Notes: a model not told the origin generated them from the sequence alone. A stretch of 64,000 bases of DNA from Vulcanimicrobiota bacterium (GCA_963695225.1 OY968762.1:96001-160000), one strand, 5' to 3'; positions 12,186 through 22,054 are shown, counted from the first letter of the stretch. Translations and numbers: made by a program.

Positions 12186-13748
12186 CTAGTCGGCGAGCGG
12201 CGCCGCCTCGATGACGACCTCGTGCGAGGGCCCGCGCAGGATCATGACGAGCGGTATGCTGAGCGCGAAGATGATCGCCGTGAGCCGGAAGAGATAATCG
12301 TACGAGATCACCGCGGCATTCTGCGCGACCATGCCGTTGATCTGCGCGATCAGGCTCGCGTGATTCCCCGGAGTGTCGAGGAGTTGCGCGACGCCCGGGT
12401 TCGCGTTCGTCACCGTAGCGGCGAGCATCGTGTGCACCGTCGCTTCGCGCCGTTCCTGGATCACTTGGAGGATTGCGATGCCGAGGCTGCCGCCGAGTTG
12501 CCGGACGAGCGTCGAAATGCCGGTCGCGCTCGCGAGGCCGGCGCGGTCGATGCCCGAGAGCGTCGCCGTCGTCAGCGGCACGAACAGGAAGCCGATCGCG
12601 AAGCCCTGGACGGCTCGGGGCCAGAAGACGTCCCAGTAGCCCGCGTATTGATTGAGATCGCCCATCCACCAGGCGGAGGCCGCGAAGATCGCGAGGCCGG
12701 TCGCGATCACGTAGCGCGGATCGATCAGGGACGACGCGCGCGCTGCCAGGGGCATGCTTACGGCGGTCGCGAGCGCCCCCGGAAGCAGCGCGAGCCCCGT
12801 CTGCCACGCGTCGAAACCGAGGACGCGCTGGAAGAAGAGCGGCAAGATCAAGTTCAAGCCGAACAGGCCGAAGCCGCTGACGACGCCGATCAGGTTCCCC
12901 GCGGCAAACGAGCGGAGCTTGAACAGGCGCAAGTTCACGATCGGATGGCGATCGCGCAGCTCGCGCCGGATGAAGAAGGCGAGCCCCGCGACGCCGAGGA
13001 CGAGCAGCAGCGTGATCGTCGCGGAATCGAACCAGTCGTCGTGCTGCCCGCGTTCCAGGACGTACTGCAGCGAAGCGACGCCGACGGTCATCGCCCCTAG
13101 TCCGAGCCAATCGATTCCGACCTCGGGCTTCTTGATGTACGCGGGATCGCGGATGTACGCGAGCGTCATGATGAACGCGACGATCCCGATCGGAATGTTG
13201 ATCGAGAAGATCAGCGGCCAGCTGAAGTTGTCGACGATGTAGCCGCCGAGCGTCGGCCCGAGCGCGGGGCCGACCATCGCTCCGATGCCGAACAGCGCCA
13301 TCGCCTGGCCGCGTTTCTCCGGGGGGTACGTCTCGAAGAGGATCGCCTGGGCCGTCGGCTGCAGCGCGCCTCCGCCGATCCCTTGGATGATGCGGAAGAT
13401 CACGAGCGCCGTGACGCTCGTGGCGAGCGAGCACAGGAGCGACGCGACCGTGAAGATCACGAGGCACGCCGCATAGAACGTCCGCCGCCCCAGCATCGCC
13501 GTCAGCCAGCCGTTGAGCGGCATGATCACGACGTTCGCGAGGATGTAGCCGGTCGCGACCCAAGCGATCTCGTCGACCGTCGCGCCGAGCGTCCCGGCCA
13601 TCTCGTTCAGCGCGACGTTGACGATCGTCGCGTCGATGATCGCCATGATCAATCCGAGCATCACGGTGATCGTGATCAAGATGATCGGCGGATCCCGGCG
13701 GGCGGTCTCTGCTCGCGGAGCGGGTCCGCTCAGGGCTATGGAGGCGAT
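12186..13748 (-). CDS. DHA2 family (EmrB/QacA-type) MFS efflux permease
   Basis: DATIVNVAL, WVATGY, FRIIQGIGGG, GPALGPTLGG, FSINIPIG, RQLGGSLGIA; start ambiguous (see findings). Confidence 0.9.
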   Translation of the reverse strand: MASIALSGPAPRAETARRDPPIILITITVMLGLIMAIIDATIVNVALNEMAGTLGATVDEIAWVATGYILANVVIMPLNGWLTAMLGRRTFYAACLVIFTVASLLCSLATSVTALVIFRIIQGIGGGALQPTAQAILFETYPPEKRGQAMALFGIGAMVGPALGPTLGGYIVDNFSWPLIFSINIPIGIVAFIMTLAYIRDPAYIKKPEVGIDWLGLGAMTVGVASLQYVLERGQHDDWFDSATITLLLVLGVAGLAFFIRRELRDRHPIVNLRLFKLRSFAAGNLIGVVSGFGLFGLNLILPLFFQRVLGFDAWQTGLALLPGALATAVSMPLAARASSLIDPRYVIATGLAIFAASAWWMGDLNQYAGYWDVFWPRAVQGFAIGFLFVPLTTATLSGIDRAGLASATGISTLVRQLGGSLGIAILQVIQERREATVHTMLAATVTNANPGVAQLLDTPGNHASLIAQINGMVAQNAAVISYDYLFRLTAIIFALSIPLVMILRGPSHEVVIEAAPLAD

Positions 13749-13865
13749 GACGAATTCCTCTGGTTGCGTCGCGGCCGACGGTACGTTAGAATGACGGAAG
13801 CGTTCAATATACCTTCTGCAAGAGGTTTTCCTCTCGTAAGCTGCGAGCGTGCGGAGGCGTGCCGG

Positions 13866-14642
13866 GTGCCGCGTGAGGTCGTCAAGCTCGTCGGGGGACG
13901 GGCTTACCGCTACCGGGTCGAGAGCTACCGCGATGCGGCCTCGGGGAAGGCGCGCGTCCGCTGGACGTATCTCGGAAAGGTCGACGCGGCTGACGCCGCA
14001 GCGACGATCCCGCCCGCCTCGATCCGGCGCCCGGACGCGACGCGCAAGCGCCTCGTCGGGGCGCTCGCGCGCCTGCTCGAACGGCACTCGTACGCGGAAG
14101 TGACCGCGAGTGCCGTCGCGACGGAGGCGGGCTGCGCGCACGGCACGTTCTACCGGCATTTTCCGGACAAGCGCGCCGCTTTGGCCGCGCTCTTCGAAGA
14201 GGTGGGCGCCGGGGTCGCGCGCGAGCGCCCGAGCTTCGAGGGTGCGCTCGGCACGCGGGAATCGGAACGGGCGCGCGTCGCTGCTTGGGCCGCTTCGACG
14301 CTGCGCACGTCGATCGAGCGCCCAGGGCTCGTGCGCGCCTGGCAGGCGCGTTGCGCCCAGGAGCCGGAGCTCGCGCGGGTGCGCGCGGGCCTGCGCGCGG
14401 CCGCGGTGAGCTCGCTCGCGTCCTACCTGGCGCGCCTGGTTGCGGCCGGGTATTCCTCGGTCGAAGCGCCGGACGCGCTCGCGCGCGCGATCAACGTGGC
14501 GCTCGACGGAATCCGCTTCCGAGCCGCCTTCGACCGCGCCGATTTCGACGAAACGGACGCCGGCGCGGTCCTAGCGTTGATCGATCGCGCGATCTTCACG
14601 GGCGCCCCCCGGGAAACTCCCCTTTCGACAAGCTCAGGCTGA
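13866..14642 (+). CDS. TetR/AcrR-family regulator with an extra N-terminal domain
   Basis: HTH VTASAVATEAGCAHGTFYRHFPDK; GTG start with GGAGG 8 nt upstream; divergent from the MFS pump. Confidence 0.85.
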   Translation: MPREVVKLVGGRAYRYRVESYRDAASGKARVRWTYLGKVDAADAAATIPPASIRRPDATRKRLVGALARLLERHSYAEVTASAVATEAGCAHGTFYRHFPDKRAALAALFEEVGAGVARERPSFEGALGTRESERARVAAWAASTLRTSIERPGLVRAWQARCAQEPELARVRAGLRAAAVSSLASYLARLVAAGYSSVEAPDALARAINVALDGIRFRAAFDRADFDETDAGAVLALIDRAIFTGAPRETPLSTSSG

Positions 14643-14673
14643 CCGCTGCGCGCGTCAGCCTGAGCTTGTCGAA
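14624..14673. repeat. REP-like perfect 20-bp inverted repeat between convergent genes
   Basis: TTCGACAAGCTCAGGCTGAC (14624-14643) and GTCAGCCTGAGCTTGTCGAA (14654-14673), 10-nt loop. Confidence 0.8.
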
Positions 14674-14682
14674 GGATGAGGC

Positions 14683-16041
14683 TTAGCGCAGGCCCAGCGG
14701 CGTGTAATCGGCGCGGGCGCCGATCTTCTGGCCTTGGATGATCGACTCGGCTTTCGCGCTGTCCGGGTTCGCGCAGGTCTCGGCGGCGAAATCTCCGCCG
14801 ACGCTCGAGGCGATCGTAAAGAACTCCTCCGGGCTGCGGCGCTTCGCTTTCGCGACGATTTCGCCCGCGTAGGTCTGCTGAACCGCCTGGTGATCGCACT
14901 TGCGCCAGTAATTCATCTGTTTCTTGGCAGCGTCGTACTTGTGCCCCTCGAATGCGACCACGAGCCTCTCGGCGTCCGTCGTCCCCGCCGCGTTCATGCG
15001 GTCGACGAGTTGTTCGCCCGCTATGTAACCGAGATACTGGCGCCAGTTCGGCGGGAAACCCTTGGCGCGCGTCTTCAGCTTCGCGTAGACTTCCGCAGTT
15101 CGCGTGCCGCCTGCCTCCGGTCCCCAGACGTAGCCCCAGAGGGAACCGACGATGTCGTCGACCGGCATGCCGACGGCGACTTCGTTGCCGCAGAGGATGC
15201 CACCGAAGGTCATCCGCTTGTGGAGTCCGAGCTCCACGGCGGCCTTCGTCGCGTTCTGCGCGTCGGGGCCGTAGTTACAGAAGCACAAGACGTCCGCATC
15301 CGAGTTGCGCGCCTTCGTCATGTACGACGAGTAGTCGGTCTGCCCGAGCGGATGCAAGTCGACGCCGGATTCCTGCCCGCCGTTGGCATAGATGATCTTC
15401 TTGAAACGTGCGTACGCATCGGTCCCGAACGCGTAATCGGCGACGATGAAGTACCACTTCTTGCCCTTCTTGAGCAGCGCCGGCCCGACCGCGTTCGCGA
15501 GCATCGCGTTCGAGCAGGTCGTGCGGAACGTGACGCGATTCGCCTTGGGGCCCGTGATGTTCGTGTCGTGCGTGCCGATCGCCAAGAAGAAGATGCCGGA
15601 CTCCTCGGAGATCGCCGATACGGCCAAGCCGACGGCGGAGGAGAGGCAGCCCGTCAGAACGTCGACCTTCTCTTGCGAGATCAGGCGCTTGGCTTCGTTC
15701 GAGCCGATCGCCGGCTTGTTCGAGTCGTCGCCGCGGACGATCTGGAATTGCACGCGGGAGTTCTTCTTGTTGGCCTCGTCGACCGCGAGCTCCAGACCCG
15801 ATTGTTGCGATTCCGACGCGGCCGCGTAGACGCCGGAGAAGCCGTCGATGTGGCCGATCTTGACGGTCACGGGGCCGGCCGCGGCGATCACGTCCTTCGG
15901 TGGGAGCAGAGGGCGGGCATCGGCGTTACGCGTTTCGAGCAGGGGATACCCGAGTGCGGCGGCGCCGGCGATGCCGAGGGCACCGGTACGACGCAGGAAC
16001 TCGGTGCGCGAAACGTCATCGCGCCGGGTCTCATCGGACAT
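14683..16041 (-). CDS. Tat-exported ABC substrate-binding protein (LivK/Peripla_BP_6 family)
   Basis: SRTEFL Tat-like signal, KIGHIDGFSG, SSAVGLAVS, DYAFG, TDYSSY, RKCDHQAVQ; GAGGAG RBS. Confidence 0.85.
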   Translation of the reverse strand: MSDETRRDDVSRTEFLRRTGALGIAGAAALGYPLLETRNADARPLLPPKDVIAAAGPVTVKIGHIDGFSGVYAAASESQQSGLELAVDEANKKNSRVQFQIVRGDDSNKPAIGSNEAKRLISQEKVDVLTGCLSSAVGLAVSAISEESGIFFLAIGTHDTNITGPKANRVTFRTTCSNAMLANAVGPALLKKGKKWYFIVADYAFGTDAYARFKKIIYANGGQESGVDLHPLGQTDYSSYMTKARNSDADVLCFCNYGPDAQNATKAAVELGLHKRMTFGGILCGNEVAVGMPVDDIVGSLWGYVWGPEAGGTRTAEVYAKLKTRAKGFPPNWRQYLGYIAGEQLVDRMNAAGTTDAERLVVAFEGHKYDAAKKQMNYWRKCDHQAVQQTYAGEIVAKAKRRSPEEFFTIASSVGGDFAAETCANPDSAKAESIIQGQKIGARADYTPLGLR

Positions 16042-16315
16042 GCAGAAACTCCTCTAGGATCGGAAGCAGCAAATTATGGCGCGCCGCCACAGCACGTGAG
16101 GCGCGGCGTAAAAGGCTATTTCGCGATGCGAATCCGATCGACCCCGCTACCCTGCCGAAGGTCCGTGTTTCCCGTCGGCAAAGACGCTTTGCGTAGCCGT
16201 CTCATCCGTCCGAAAGCCTCACGATGAAGCGCCGACCCCAACTCCGGGACGCTGCTGCGGCGCATGGCGCGCGCCGCGCCGCCGGCCCGCAGCGTCCTAG
16301 CCGCACGAACCTGCG

Positions 16316-17308
16316 ATGACGGAGGCGGACCGCTCGCTCGATTCCTCGCGCGTCGTCCTGCTCGTGCGGCTGATCTGGGCGCTCGACGAAGGGAGTTTCG
16401 ATTTCGAAGGGCTCAAGCGGCGGATCGGAGGGGATCGGCCGCCGAGCACGCGGACGCTGCGGCGCTATCTCGCGATCCTCGGCGAAGCGGGCTTCCCCTG
16501 GTATTACGATCGCGAGCGCCGCGTCTATCGCTTCGAGGAGACGTTCGCGCTACGCCGCGTCGACCTCTCGGGCGGCGAACTCCAGGGCCTCGCGACGCTC
16601 CGCGGCATCGCGACCTCCCTCGGCGGGAACATCGGCGCTTCGATCGACCGCGTGGCCGAGAAGCTCGCGCGTATCTCGGAGCGGCCGGTGGCGGCGAGCT
16701 TGGCGAACCCGGCCGTCGTGATGCGCGTTTCGGACGCGGCACTCGACCCCAAGCGAAGCGCGGCGTTCGAACTGTTGCAGCGCGCGCAGCGCGAGCGGCA
16801 AAGCGTGCGCTTCTCATACGTGGACAAGAGCGCCAAGCGCTCGCGCAGGCACGCGGACCCATACGGCTTCGTCGTCTCGCAAGGGCGCGTCTACATGATC
16901 GCTTTCGACCGCGCCCGCGGCGCACTGCGCGTCTTCGCTCTGGACTCAATCGAAGAGCCGCAGATCGCGCCGGCTCGTTTCGTCCTGCCCGTGGATTTCG
17001 ACGTCGCGGCATTTGCGGCGGGCTCGATCAGCGGTGTGATCTCCGCCGAGCGATTGACCCCGGTCACGGTCCGGTTCGCGCCGGTCGTGGCGGGCGCCGC
17101 GAAGGCGGATCGCGTCGTCCGCGACCGGACGATCGTCGACTGTGCAGACGGCGGGGTAGAGATCACGTATGCCGTGGCGGACCCGCAAGAGTTCGTGCGC
17201 TGGACGCTGCGCTGGGGCGCGGAAGCAGAGATCGTATCCCCGGCCGCCGTACGAGCCCAAGCTCGAGCACTCGTCGACAGAATCGCCGTTCGCTACGCGA
17301 AAACGTGA
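16316..17308 (+). CDS. WYL-domain transcriptional regulator (HTH-WYL-WCX)
   Basis: STRTLRRYLAILGEAGFP HTH; FSY...RHADPYGFV...VYMIAFD...LRVFALDSI WYL core; WTLRWGAEAEIVSP WCX tail. Confidence 0.9.
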   Translation: MTEADRSLDSSRVVLLVRLIWALDEGSFDFEGLKRRIGGDRPPSTRTLRRYLAILGEAGFPWYYDRERRVYRFEETFALRRVDLSGGELQGLATLRGIATSLGGNIGASIDRVAEKLARISERPVAASLANPAVVMRVSDAALDPKRSAAFELLQRAQRERQSVRFSYVDKSAKRSRRHADPYGFVVSQGRVYMIAFDRARGALRVFALDSIEEPQIAPARFVLPVDFDVAAFAAGSISGVISAERLTPVTVRFAPVVAGAAKADRVVRDRTIVDCADGGVEITYAVADPQEFVRWTLRWGAEAEIVSPAAVRAQARALVDRIAVRYAKT

Positions 17309-17373
17309 TATCACGCACTACCTAGGGCGAAGGTCCTATTAGGGAGTGGGAGTGATTTGCCGATTCGTTGGGT

Positions 17374-17610
17374 ATGAACAGCGAGATGGTTTACGCACCT
17401 TTTCCGACCCGGCCGGCGGCAGTCGAACACTGCACGGTTCCGTTTGATGATCTCGAACATCGCGAACGGCTGGATGCCGATGGTTGGCATTTCGTCGCAG
17501 TCTCCCGGAATGCAGAAGGCGACGGTTTCGTGGCGCACTTCGAGCGCTCGAGCGAAGCCCTTTCGCTCGCCGTATTGCTCGACTTGACGGAGCATTGGAT
17601 CGTTTGCTGA
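17374..17610 (+). CDS. Small hypothetical protein, DUF4177-like
   Basis: 78 aa; ERLDADGWHFVAV...HFER resembles the LxxxGWELVxV...FxR pattern; followed by a terminator. Confidence 0.5.
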   Translation: MNSEMVYAPFPTRPAAVEHCTVPFDDLEHRERLDADGWHFVAVSRNAEGDGFVAHFERSSEALSLAVLLDLTEHWIVC

Positions 17611-17630
17611 GGGCATAAGGAAAGGGCTCG

Positions 17631-17661
17631 AGGCTCGCGACGCGTCGCGAGCCTTTTTTTT
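17631..17661 (+). terminator. Rho-independent terminator
   Basis: AGGCTCGCGA-CGCG-TCGCGAGCCT hairpin followed by a T run. Confidence 0.85.
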
Positions 17662-17663
17662 CG

Positions 17664-18383
17664 CTACGATTCGCCCAAGTACGCGGCGGTGACTTCCGGG
17701 CGTTCGAGGAGTTCGCGTCCCGTTCCCGAGAGCGCGATCGTGCCGCGCTCGAGGACGTAGGCATCGTCGGCGATCGCTAGAGCCTTGCGCGCGTTCTGTT
17801 CGACGAGCAAGATCGTCGTGCCGCGGGCGCGTTCCTCGCGGATGATTTCGAAGATCCGGTCGACGAGCTTGGGGGCAAGGCCCATCGAGGGCTCGTCGAG
17901 CAGCAGAACTCGAGGCTTCATCACGAGCGCGCGCGCGATCGCGAGCATCTGCTGCTCGCCGCCGGAGAGCGAGCTTGCCGGCAGTGCGCGGCGCTCGCGC
18001 AAGATCGGGAAGCGCTCGTACACGTGCGCGATGCCGGCGGCGCCGTCGCGGTCGCGGGCGCGGTCGCCGGCGACCCGCAGGTTCTCCTCGACGCTCATCG
18101 TCGCGAGCATTCGGCGCCCCTCGGGGACGTGGATCAGGCCCGCCCGTACGACGTCGTGCGACGAGGCGCGCGTGAGGTCGCTCCCGGCGAACGTGATGCG
18201 CCCGGAACGGATCGGGAGTATGCGCGATAGCGCGAGCAGGAACGTCGTCTTCCCGGCTCCGTTCGCGCCGACGATCGCGCACAGCGTGTTCTCGCGCAAG
18301 CGCAGCGAGATGCCGTGCAGCACTTCGAGGCGCCCGTATCCGACGTGCAGATCCGCGACGTCGAGAATAGCGCCCGAGCTCAC
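17664..18383 (-). CDS. livF: ABC ATP-binding subunit (LivF-like)
   Basis: GANGAGKTT, VPEGRR, LSGGEQQMLAIARAL, LDEPSMGLAP, VEQNA. Confidence 0.92.
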   Translation of the reverse strand: MSSGAILDVADLHVGYGRLEVLHGISLRLRENTLCAIVGANGAGKTTFLLALSRILPIRSGRITFAGSDLTRASSHDVVRAGLIHVPEGRRMLATMSVEENLRVAGDRARDRDGAAGIAHVYERFPILRERRALPASSLSGGEQQMLAIARALVMKPRVLLLDEPSMGLAPKLVDRIFEIIREERARGTTILLVEQNARKALAIADDAYVLERGTIALSGTGRELLERPEVTAAYLGES

Positions 18384-19105
18384 GAAGCGGCCGCTCCGCT
18401 GCCGAGATACGCTTCGATCACGGCCGGATTCCGCGCGATTTCCGCCGGCGTCCCCGATGCGATCACGCGCCCGAAGTTCAAGACGACGATGCGATCGCTC
18501 ACCGCGGAGACGAGCGGCATGTCGTGTTCGACGAGCAGGACGCCGATGCCGCGTTCTGCGAGTCCGCGAATCAGACCGCGCAACGCCTGCGTTTCGCGCG
18601 GGTTCATGCCCGCCGCCGGCTCATCGAGCAGCACGATCCGCGGGCGCGCGGCGAGTGCGCGGGCGATTTCGAGACGCCGCTGTTCTCCATAGGGGAGCGT
18701 TCCCGCGCGGCGCGCGAGATCGGTCTCTTGCATCGAGACGGATTCGAGCAGGGCGCGCGCGGCGGCGGCATCGAGCGGCGTGGGCTGCGCGAACGCGCCC
18801 GCGCGAAGATTCTCGAGGATCGAGAGCGCTCCGAACAGCCGGATGTTCTGGTAGGTCCGCGAGATGCCGGCGCGCGCGACGCGGTGCTGCGGCAACCGCT
18901 CGAGCGCCGTGCCGCCCAGCCGGATCGAGCCGGAGCCCGCGCGCACGAGGCCGGTGACCGCGTTGATCAGTGTCGTCTTCCCCGCGCCGTTCGGGCCGAT
19001 CAGGCCGAGCACGGTTCCCGCCTCGACCTCGAGCGAGACGCCGTCGAGTGCGCGGACGCCGCCGAACGTGACGCTGACGTCCTTCAGTTCGAGTTTCGCG
19101 TTCAC
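18380..19105 (-). CDS. livG: ABC ATP-binding subunit (LivG-like)
   Basis: FGGVRAL, GPNGAGKTT, LPYGEQRRLEIARAL, LDEPAAGMN, VEHDM. Confidence 0.92.
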   Translation of the reverse strand: MNAKLELKDVSVTFGGVRALDGVSLEVEAGTVLGLIGPNGAGKTTLINAVTGLVRAGSGSIRLGGTALERLPQHRVARAGISRTYQNIRLFGALSILENLRAGAFAQPTPLDAAAARALLESVSMQETDLARRAGTLPYGEQRRLEIARALAARPRIVLLDEPAAGMNPRETQALRGLIRGLAERGIGVLLVEHDMPLVSAVSDRIVVLNFGRVIASGTPAEIARNPAVIEAYLGSGAAAS

Positions 19106-19938
19106 GCGCGCCGCTGCCAGAGCCCGGCGATTCCGCCGGGGGCGAAGATGATGATCGCGAGCAAGATCGCGCCGGTCGTCACCTCGCGATAATCGTGCAA
19201 GAAGCGGATCGACTCCGGGAGGATCGTCATCACGACGGCGCCGAGCATCGCGCCGAAAGAACTCGTCACGCCGCCGATCACGCAGGCGACGAGGATCTGC
19301 TCCATGCGGCCGAAACCGAAGTCGCCCGGCGTGATGAAGAAGTTCGCGTGCGCGTAGAGGACGCCGGCGACGCCTGCGATCACGGCTCCGGTGACGAGCG
19401 CGAGCAAGCGCACCTGCGCCGTATCGATGCCGACGCCGCGCGCGGCGTTCTCGTCTTCGCGCGTCGCGGCGAGCGCGAGCGCGAACCTCCCGTTGCCCCA
19501 GCCGAACGCGGCGACCGCGACTGCGGCGACGGCGAGCGCACCATAGATCCAGCGCGTGTCGGCGTCGTTCGGGATCCCGGAGAATCCCTCCGCGCCGCCC
19601 GTGACTTTCAAGTTGATCTCGACGATGCGCGCGATCTCTCCGAACGCGACCGTGGCGATCGCGAGGAAGACGCCGCGCAAGCGCCCGATCGGGAGCGCGA
19701 GGAGGAACGCCGCCGCGGCCGCTGCCGCCGCGCCCGCCAACAGCGAGAGTGGGAGCGGCCAGTTGCTCTGCGTCGCGCCGATCGCTCCGACGTACGCGGC
19801 GATCCCCATGAAGGCCGCTTGCGCGAGCGCGAGCTGCCCCGCGCGCAGCGAGACCGAGAGCGAGAGCGCGAGCAACGCGTTGATGCCGATTTGATCGATC
19901 AGCTTCGAATGCGCGGCGTAGAACGCGGCCAAGGACAT
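19102..19938 (-). CDS. livM: Branched-chain amino acid ABC permease (LivM-like)
   Basis: GQLALAQAAFMG, RLRGVFLAIAT, TGGAEG, PGGIAG; start ATG 19938. Confidence 0.88.
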   Translation of the reverse strand: MSLAAFYAAHSKLIDQIGINALLALSLSVSLRAGQLALAQAAFMGIAAYVGAIGATQSNWPLPLSLLAGAAAAAAAAFLLALPIGRLRGVFLAIATVAFGEIARIVEINLKVTGGAEGFSGIPNDADTRWIYGALAVAAVAVAAFGWGNGRFALALAATREDENAARGVGIDTAQVRLLALVTGAVIAGVAGVLYAHANFFITPGDFGFGRMEQILVACVIGGVTSSFGAMLGAVVMTILPESIRFLHDYREVTTGAILLAIIIFAPGGIAGLWQRRA

Positions 19939-19942
19939 CCGG

Positions 19943-20821
19943 CTAGGCCGCGCGCAGAGCGCGTTTGCCGAGGAGTCCGGACGGGCGCAGCACGAGGATG
20001 AGGAACATGACCGCGAACGCGGCCGCATCGCGGTAGCTCGACGAGGCGAATTGAACCGTCAGCGTCTCGACGATGCCCAGGATCAACGCTCCGAGAACCG
20101 CACCCGGGACGCTGCCCATTCCGCCGAGGATGATGATCGCGAGCCCCTTGAGTTCGATGCGCGCGCCCATGTCGACGCTGACGCTGTTGTACTGCAGCCC
20201 GATCAGGATCCCGGCCGCACCGCCGAGCGCCGACGCGATGAAGAACGTCAACGCGATCGTCCGTTCGAGATCGATCCCGAGGAGCGCCGCCGCGACGCGG
20301 TCGTCGGCGACGGCACGAATGCTCCGCCCGAGCGCAGTCGAGCCCATCACGTACGTGAGGCCGGCCATCATCAAGCCCGCGATCGCGACGATCAAGATAT
20401 CGAGCCCGCCGAAGGAGAGCGGGCCGAGATGGAATTGCGAATCGCCGAAGGGGACCGTGGGGAAGCGATGTTCGTCCGGTCCCCAGACGCCGCGGGCGAC
20501 CCCCTGGATGACGATCGCGACGCCGATCGAGGAGATCAGCGGCGCGAGCGTCCCCGCGTTGCGCCGGCGCAACGGCGCGAACGCGACGCGGTCGAGCGCG
20601 ATCCCGAGGAGTCCCGCGAAGATGACCGCGGCGAGGAAGGCGGCGGCGAGCGACACGCCCGCGCCGACGAGCGCGAGCGTGACGAACGCCGCCGCCATGA
20701 AGATCGCGGCGTGCGCGAGATTGAGGATGTCGAGCACGCCGAAGATCAGTGTGTAGCCGATCGCAAACAGGGCGTAAACGGCGCCGATGAAGACGCCGTT
20801 TGCGACCTGCTGGATCAGCAC
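19943..20821 (-). CDS. livH: Branched-chain amino acid ABC permease (LivH-like)
   Basis: QQVANG...YALFAIGYTLIFG...NLAHA, ILGGMGS, LRPSGLLG. Confidence 0.92.
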   Translation of the reverse strand: MLIQQVANGVFIGAVYALFAIGYTLIFGVLDILNLAHAAIFMAAAFVTLALVGAGVSLAAAFLAAVIFAGLLGIALDRVAFAPLRRRNAGTLAPLISSIGVAIVIQGVARGVWGPDEHRFPTVPFGDSQFHLGPLSFGGLDILIVAIAGLMMAGLTYVMGSTALGRSIRAVADDRVAAALLGIDLERTIALTFFIASALGGAAGILIGLQYNSVSVDMGARIELKGLAIIILGGMGSVPGAVLGALILGIVETLTVQFASSSYRDAAAFAVMFLILVLRPSGLLGKRALRAA

Positions 20822-20842
20822 GCCGGAGTCACTCCCGTATTA

Positions 20843-21970
20843 TTAATGGAAATCTGCGAACTTTCCGTTCTTGACTTGCAGGATCGCGCTCGACGCGCGA
20901 ACGTCGCGCGTCGGCAGGAAGGACACGGGTCCGAGGACCGTCTGAATCGAGGGCAGCTTCGCGAGCGCGCTGCAGACGGCATCCGGAGTCGTCGCGCCAT
21001 CTTTGATCACGCGCGCCGAGATTTGCGCCGCTGCGTACGCTTGCGCCGCGAACTGGTCCGGGCCGGAGCCGAAGCGCTTGGTGTACCGGTCGACGAACGC
21101 TTTGTTGCCGGGGAAGTTGTTGCCGAGGAAGTAGGCGGCGCCCACGATGACGTTCTCGGCGGCGGGACCCGCGATCTCCATCAGCTTGGGAGAGTTGAGG
21201 CCGTTCCCCCCGACGATATGCGACGTGATGCCGGTTTGCTTCGCTTGCGCGAGGATCTTCACGGCTTCTGCGAGGAGCGAGCCGACGACCAGCAGGTCCG
21301 GCTTCTTTTCGGCGATCTTCGTGAGCTGCGCCTTGAAGTCGGCATCGCCCGTGTGATAGGTCTCGACGTCGACGAGCTCGATGTTGTTCTTGGCGAGCAC
21401 GTCTTTGAAGATCTCGAAGTCCGTCTTCGTGAATTGGTTGTCGTCGCCGTAGATGATCGCGGCGGTCTTCGGTTTGAGGCTCTTGGCGATGAGTGCGATC
21501 GCCTCGGGGACGACCTGTTCCTCGGCGAGCGAGTCGCGGAAGACGCAGGGCCCTTGCGCGGTGATCCCTTGCGCGGTGTTGGAGATCGCGAGGATCGGAA
21601 GCCCCGCCTTCACGGCGATCGGATCGGCCTTCTTCGCTTCGCTGGAGAGCGTGGGGCCGATCAAGAGCGCCGTCCCGTCGGTCGTGAACTTTTGGGTGAG
21701 CGTCACGACCTGCGCCGGATCGCTCGCGGCGTCTTGGACGTCGAACTGCAGCGTTGCGCCGCCGGCATCGATCGTACCGGCCTTGAGGTCTTCGGCGGCG
21801 AGATCGAACGCGTTCTTCTGGGCCGTCCCATACGCGCCGGCCGAGCCCGTGACGTCGGCGATGACGCCGATCTTCACGGTCTTGCCGGCCATCGGACCGG
21901 GCGCCGCGAGCGCCCCGGCGCACGCAAGCGCGCCGACGAGCCCCGCAGCGATGACGGAGGATAGTTTCAC
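20843..21970 (-). CDS. livK: Branched-chain amino acid ABC substrate-binding protein
   Basis: Signal peptide, [29 protein letters not shown] start with GAGGAG RBS. Confidence 0.88.
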   Translation of the reverse strand: MKLSSVIAAGLVGALACAGALAAPGPMAGKTVKIGVIADVTGSAGAYGTAQKNAFDLAAEDLKAGTIDAGGATLQFDVQDAASDPAQVVTLTQKFTTDGTALLIGPTLSSEAKKADPIAVKAGLPILAISNTAQGITAQGPCVFRDSLAEEQVVPEAIALIAKSLKPKTAAIIYGDDNQFTKTDFEIFKDVLAKNNIELVDVETYHTGDADFKAQLTKIAEKKPDLLVVGSLLAEAVKILAQAKQTGITSHIVGGNGLNSPKLMEIAGPAAENVIVGAAYFLGNNFPGNKAFVDRYTKRFGSGPDQFAAQAYAAAQISARVIKDGATTPDAVCSALAKLPSIQTVLGPVSFLPTRDVRASSAILQVKNGKFADFH

Positions 21971-22054
21971 GGAAATACTCCTCGATCGTGAACCGCATCG
22001 CAAAAGTCGCGAGCGGACTAGCTCAACGCGGTTTGATTGCGGGGAGCGCCGTTC

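Noticed and set aside
16247..16298. Hairpin GGACGCTGC/GCAGCGTCC upstream of the WYL gene as an ncRNA
   Set aside because: A single 9-bp GC-rich stem with no second copy or covariation support
7392..17308. Anti-phage defence island (SNF2 helicase plus WYL)
   Set aside because: The genes are separated by metabolic and transport genes; no nucleases, DNA methylases or toxins; SWIM-SNF2 is a common chromosomal gene
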